Below, in pieces: positions 60,893-64,000 of a stretch of 64,000 nucleotides of DNA. The notes under the pieces were generated by a model. That model was given only the letters and a program-made list of their open reading frames with translations. It was not told where the DNA came from and searched no databases. The DNA is taken from positions 1,408,001 through 1,472,000 of the forward strand of contig CBDFMQ010000002.1 of assembly GCA_965249725.1 (NCBI GenBank), given 5' to 3'. The stretch is from Longimicrobiales bacterium. Its GTDB lineage: Bacteria; Gemmatimonadota; Gemmatimonadetes; Longimicrobiales; Gaopeijiaceae. The position numbers were made by a program, and so were the translations under genes. The stretch's first letter is position 1; every line of letters begins with the position of its first letter.

Positions 60893-62107
60893 TCAGCGGC
60901 CCCCGACCCGAACCGTGAAGGTGAGTCGCCGGAAGCTCTCGTCAAGCTCACCAGCCGTGCGGCTCCCGACTTCCACCGCCGCATCGAATGTCGCAAGCGG
61001 AATACCCAGGGCCTGGGCCATGACAACCGAGAATCCGCCCGAGAACGTGCTCTCGGTGGCGGTCTCTCCCCGGAATCGGAAGGGCATCCCGGTATGCCGA
61101 TAACCCAGGCGGAACGGAAGGTCCCCCGCCCAGAACTCACGGGCCGTCCATTGGAGGCCGGCTCCATAGGACGTAACCCGTCCGACCGCGAGGGCATCGA
61201 ACGCGGGGCCGCCCAGGTCGGACCAGTTGGCCGTGGACACACCCGCGGTCACCGAAAGTGCGGGGCTCAGAATCGTGGTGGCCGCCACCCGGATCTCGAG
61301 CGGGGGCGTCACCTCAATGGCGTCGGCTGCCGTCGTACCCACGGGCTCGCCGCTGATATGTCCCGACCAGGCGAGGGAAGCACCTAGCTGCACCACCTCG
61401 GTGGGGTCCCAAGACGCACTCACGGACGCGACCGGACCGGAGTAGGTCCACCGGCCCGCATCGCCGAACGGGCTGATCTGATTGACGACGTCGAGACTGT
61501 CCAACTGCCGATTAAAGCTCCGGTTGAAGCTCCGATCCACATGGCCCCGATAGACACCCAAGGAGGCACCGAGGGCCAGTGTGTTCGAGAGGCGCCGCGC
61601 GTATCCGACTCGCATGGCCGACAGTCCGCCGTCGGACTCGAACGCATCCGTGACGGGCACCGACTCGCCACCTATCTCGACGCTGCCTTCGGTGACCGCG
61701 CCCCAGCGCTGGTCGAAGACGCTTCCCGAGGTCACCGTCAGGACGCTCCGGATACCGAGGGGGTATGCCAGACCGAGAATGGGAAAGCGCGTTCCCTGGA
61801 AATCACCCTCTTCGGACCCGACCGTGTAGTCACCCCAGGTGGGTTGCACCGAAAAAGAGACGGTGGGAGCGAGCAGGTCGAGCGAGGCCGTGGGGTCGGT
61901 CGGCAGAATGGACGCAGGTCCGTTCGCCACACCGACTCCACCGAGGGCGCGCTGGACCGCATCCAGAGGCTCACTGCGCACGCCGAGTCCCCCCGTGCTG
62001 AGAAGGGACTGACCCGCAGCCGCACCCGGCAGGCCTACAAGGGGGCCCACAAGGAGGCCTAACCAGATCCACAAAGGCCTCTTGGGCGAGATCGGTAAAC
62101 GCATCAT
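60893..62107 (-). CDS. Outer-membrane beta-barrel protein (FadL-like)
   Basis: Signal peptide; hatch-like N-terminus (GLG...RALGGVG...DPTAS); amphipathic beta-strands to the C-terminus. Confidence 0.65.
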   Translation of the reverse strand: MMRLPISPKRPLWIWLGLLVGPLVGLPGAAAGQSLLSTGGLGVRSEPLDAVQRALGGVGVANGPASILPTDPTASLDLLAPTVSFSVQPTWGDYTVGSEEGDFQGTRFPILGLAYPLGIRSVLTVTSGSVFDQRWGAVTEGSVEIGGESVPVTDAFESDGGLSAMRVGYARRLSNTLALGASLGVYRGHVDRSFNRSFNRQLDSLDVVNQISPFGDAGRWTYSGPVASVSASWDPTEVVQLGASLAWSGHISGEPVGTTAADAIEVTPPLEIRVAATTILSPALSVTAGVSTANWSDLGGPAFDALAVGRVTSYGAGLQWTAREFWAGDLPFRLGYRHTGMPFRFRGETATESTFSGGFSVVMAQALGIPLATFDAAVEVGSRTAGELDESFRRLTFTVRVGGR

Positions 62108-63477
62108 GGGAGCGTCAACCTCCCGGCCACGGTCAAGAGCAGCCTCAGTGAGGGAGCATCGGGGCTCCCCGGCCCGTGGAAGGACGCGAAACCGAGCGAA
62201 GGCGGCTCAATGACGCTGAGAAAGACGATGTTGGTCGGGGTGGACGCGAGCCTGAGCGAGTCGCCGAACATGAGGTCGTTCACGAGAAAGGTGATGGGGA
62301 ACGTGACCTTCGCCCCGGCCGCTTCGGCGAACATGTTCGGCTGGACGAGGACGCCGAAGGAACCCGCCAGCTGTCCGCCGAGCGGAGACTTGGGCAGAAG
62401 CTCCGGGCTCACCACGGTCCGAAGATCCACTGCGAGGGAATCGAACAGGGCATGAGCCCGGAGCGTCTCACGCGTAGTCAACACCAACTCCGCCAAGCCC
62501 AACTGAGCGTCAGAGCCCGCGAGATCGAAAGGACAGGACAGAACGGCACATACCTCGGCAGGACCGGTGAGAACTCTCGGAACATCGAGGCTCAAGACGG
62601 TCCGCCATGAAGGAGCCCCCCCTACCCTCAGTCCCTCCGTGGGAGGCCCGGGCAGAGGATCATAGATGAAGGTGCTCTCCCCACCGAAGGCGGACTCCTC
62701 GATCAACGTGTCCGGCTCTGCCTCACCGGCCGCGAGGGCCAAGCTGGGCTGGATGATCAATCTGAGACGCGCACCCTCGAGGACAATCCGTCTACCCGGA
62801 TCGTCGAGGCTGACGAGCACGCCGCGCGAGGCATCGGTGGGATCCGCCCACGCGGCGATCTGAGCAGAGTCCATCGCGATGCTGAGGGAATCGTTGAACG
62901 GTAGCGTGTCACTCTCGGGGCGGCCGAACTGGCGATCGAAGACGCCGGAGCCGAGAGGTGCCGTGACGCCACCCCCGGGCTGCACCCATTCGGTACGCTG
63001 CCCGGCCGTATCGACCGCTGCATCCCAATTGGCCGTACGCACGTCCCAACTCTGCTGGATCGCCGCCGTGACGACGTCCGCCGGGCCAGCATTCACACCC
63101 TGGATCGTGTCGAAGAACAGGACCAACCGACCCCCGATGATCGAGTGTGCCTTGTCGAAGGTCGCGATGCCCGTGGTCGGGTCGAAAACGCGTACCGAAT
63201 CCGGGTAGGTGCCGAAGCGAAGCAGGACTCTCGAGTTCAGCCCCTGGAAGTCGTTCGCCAGGACGCCGCGGCCCATCGTCGCCACCGTCCCATAGCCGCC
63301 GAGCACCTGGGCACCCTCGGTGAATTCCTCGAAGGGCAGCACGACCTCGACGGTCCGTGGGTTCAACTCCCCCAGGAACTCGTCGACCGAGGCCGTCGGG
63401 TTCTTTTCCGTACACGCGGACAGGAGCACCACTACGAGTGCCGTGAGCGCCGTACATGTCGCAAAATATCGCTTCAA
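62104..63477 (-). CDS. Hypothetical lipoprotein (beta-rich)
   Basis: Lipobox LLSAC after a basic/hydrophobic N-terminus; overlaps both neighbours. Confidence 0.75.
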   Translation of the reverse strand: MKRYFATCTALTALVVVLLSACTEKNPTASVDEFLGELNPRTVEVVLPFEEFTEGAQVLGGYGTVATMGRGVLANDFQGLNSRVLLRFGTYPDSVRVFDPTTGIATFDKAHSIIGGRLVLFFDTIQGVNAGPADVVTAAIQQSWDVRTANWDAAVDTAGQRTEWVQPGGGVTAPLGSGVFDRQFGRPESDTLPFNDSLSIAMDSAQIAAWADPTDASRGVLVSLDDPGRRIVLEGARLRLIIQPSLALAAGEAEPDTLIEESAFGGESTFIYDPLPGPPTEGLRVGGAPSWRTVLSLDVPRVLTGPAEVCAVLSCPFDLAGSDAQLGLAELVLTTRETLRAHALFDSLAVDLRTVVSPELLPKSPLGGQLAGSFGVLVQPNMFAEAAGAKVTFPITFLVNDLMFGDSLRLASTPTNIVFLSVIEPPSLGFASFHGPGSPDAPSLRLLLTVAGRLTLP

Positions 63478-63878
63478 ACCGAATTCCCCGGACTCTCATC
63501 CGTTTCCAAGTAGAACCGCTCCGGGAGCAGGGCGTCCAAGCTCCACTCCCGGCATACACCGTCCGACTCCGACACGATCGGCAGGCCCGGCGAAAACTCA
63601 CCGAGCACCTGCCGACAGGCACCGCACGGTGCCGCCGGATCACCCCCCTCGACACTGATCGCCAGCCGTCGAAACTCCCGATGCCCCGCCGCAACAGCGG
63701 CCGAGACCGCCGAGCGCTCCGCACAGACCGTCAGGCCGAGCGACGCATTCTCGACGTTGCACCCGACAAACACCGTCCCATCGGCTACCAGCAGAGCCGC
63801 GCCGACCCGATACCCCGAATAGGGCGCGTAGGCGCGATCCCTTACGCGAAGGGCGGCCTCCAGCAAGCTATCCGTCAT
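63474..63878 (-). CDS. cdd: Cytidine deaminase
   Basis: AYAPYS, GCNVENAS, CAERSA, PCGACRQ. Confidence 0.95.
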   Translation of the reverse strand: MTDSLLEAALRVRDRAYAPYSGYRVGAALLVADGTVFVGCNVENASLGLTVCAERSAVSAAVAAGHREFRRLAISVEGGDPAAPCGACRQVLGEFSPGLPIVSESDGVCREWSLDALLPERFYLETDESPGNSV

Positions 63879-64000
63879 CGTCCGCCACCGCCCAAATCCG
63901 CGGCAGGCGACTCGTCAATCCCGTCAGGATTTCGTAGCTGACGGTTCCCGCCAGCTCCGCGACCTCATCCACCGAGATCACGTCTTCGCCAGCCGACCCG
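63868..64000 (-). CDS. alr: Alanine racemase, C-terminal end (partial)
   Basis: Manual translation: ISVDEVAELAGTVSYEILTGLTSRLPRIW...*. Confidence 0.88.
   Translation of the reverse strand, partial: GSAGEDVISVDEVAELAGTVSYEILTGLTSRLPRIWAVADDDG

Overview
High-GC bacterial chromosomal segment made mostly of core genes. The gene set and order suggest phylum Gemmatimonadota; this is an inference, not a database result. In order: rpmA (partial), rplU, RNase E/G; a branched-chain acyl-CoA catabolic cluster (acyl-CoA dehydrogenase, enoyl-CoA hydratase, split AtuA pair, carboxyltransferase, split B12 mutase with isobutyryl-CoA-mutase-type residues, MeaB) with recQ embedded; ABC1 kinase, mgtE, ybeY, 7TM-HD phosphodiesterase, phoH, aspS; rlmN, lepB, LytR_C, yqeK, NFACT/RqcH; a trpD-C-F-B-A run interrupted by an antisense lexA and by a HEAT-repeat + HD-GYP pair; truA, tal, htrA, purB, purC, psd, pssA, purSQLF, add; hicAB; a ~1080-aa S-layer-like lipoprotein gene with a sigma-54 promoter and a frameshifted signal peptide; fbp, comEC, lapA, miaB, mtaB, a beta-barrel + lipoprotein pair, cdd and alr (partial). 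No tRNA, rRNA, CRISPR array or transposase was seen. The most unusual signal is about nine sequence-unrelated short tandem-repeat arrays (mostly 11-12 bp units) that all sit at gene boundaries, several re-iterating a stop codon. Other notable items: a ~160-bp MITE-like element at the purF stop, 11-bp-periodic candidate LexA operators, and an internally deleted M28 peptidase remnant.
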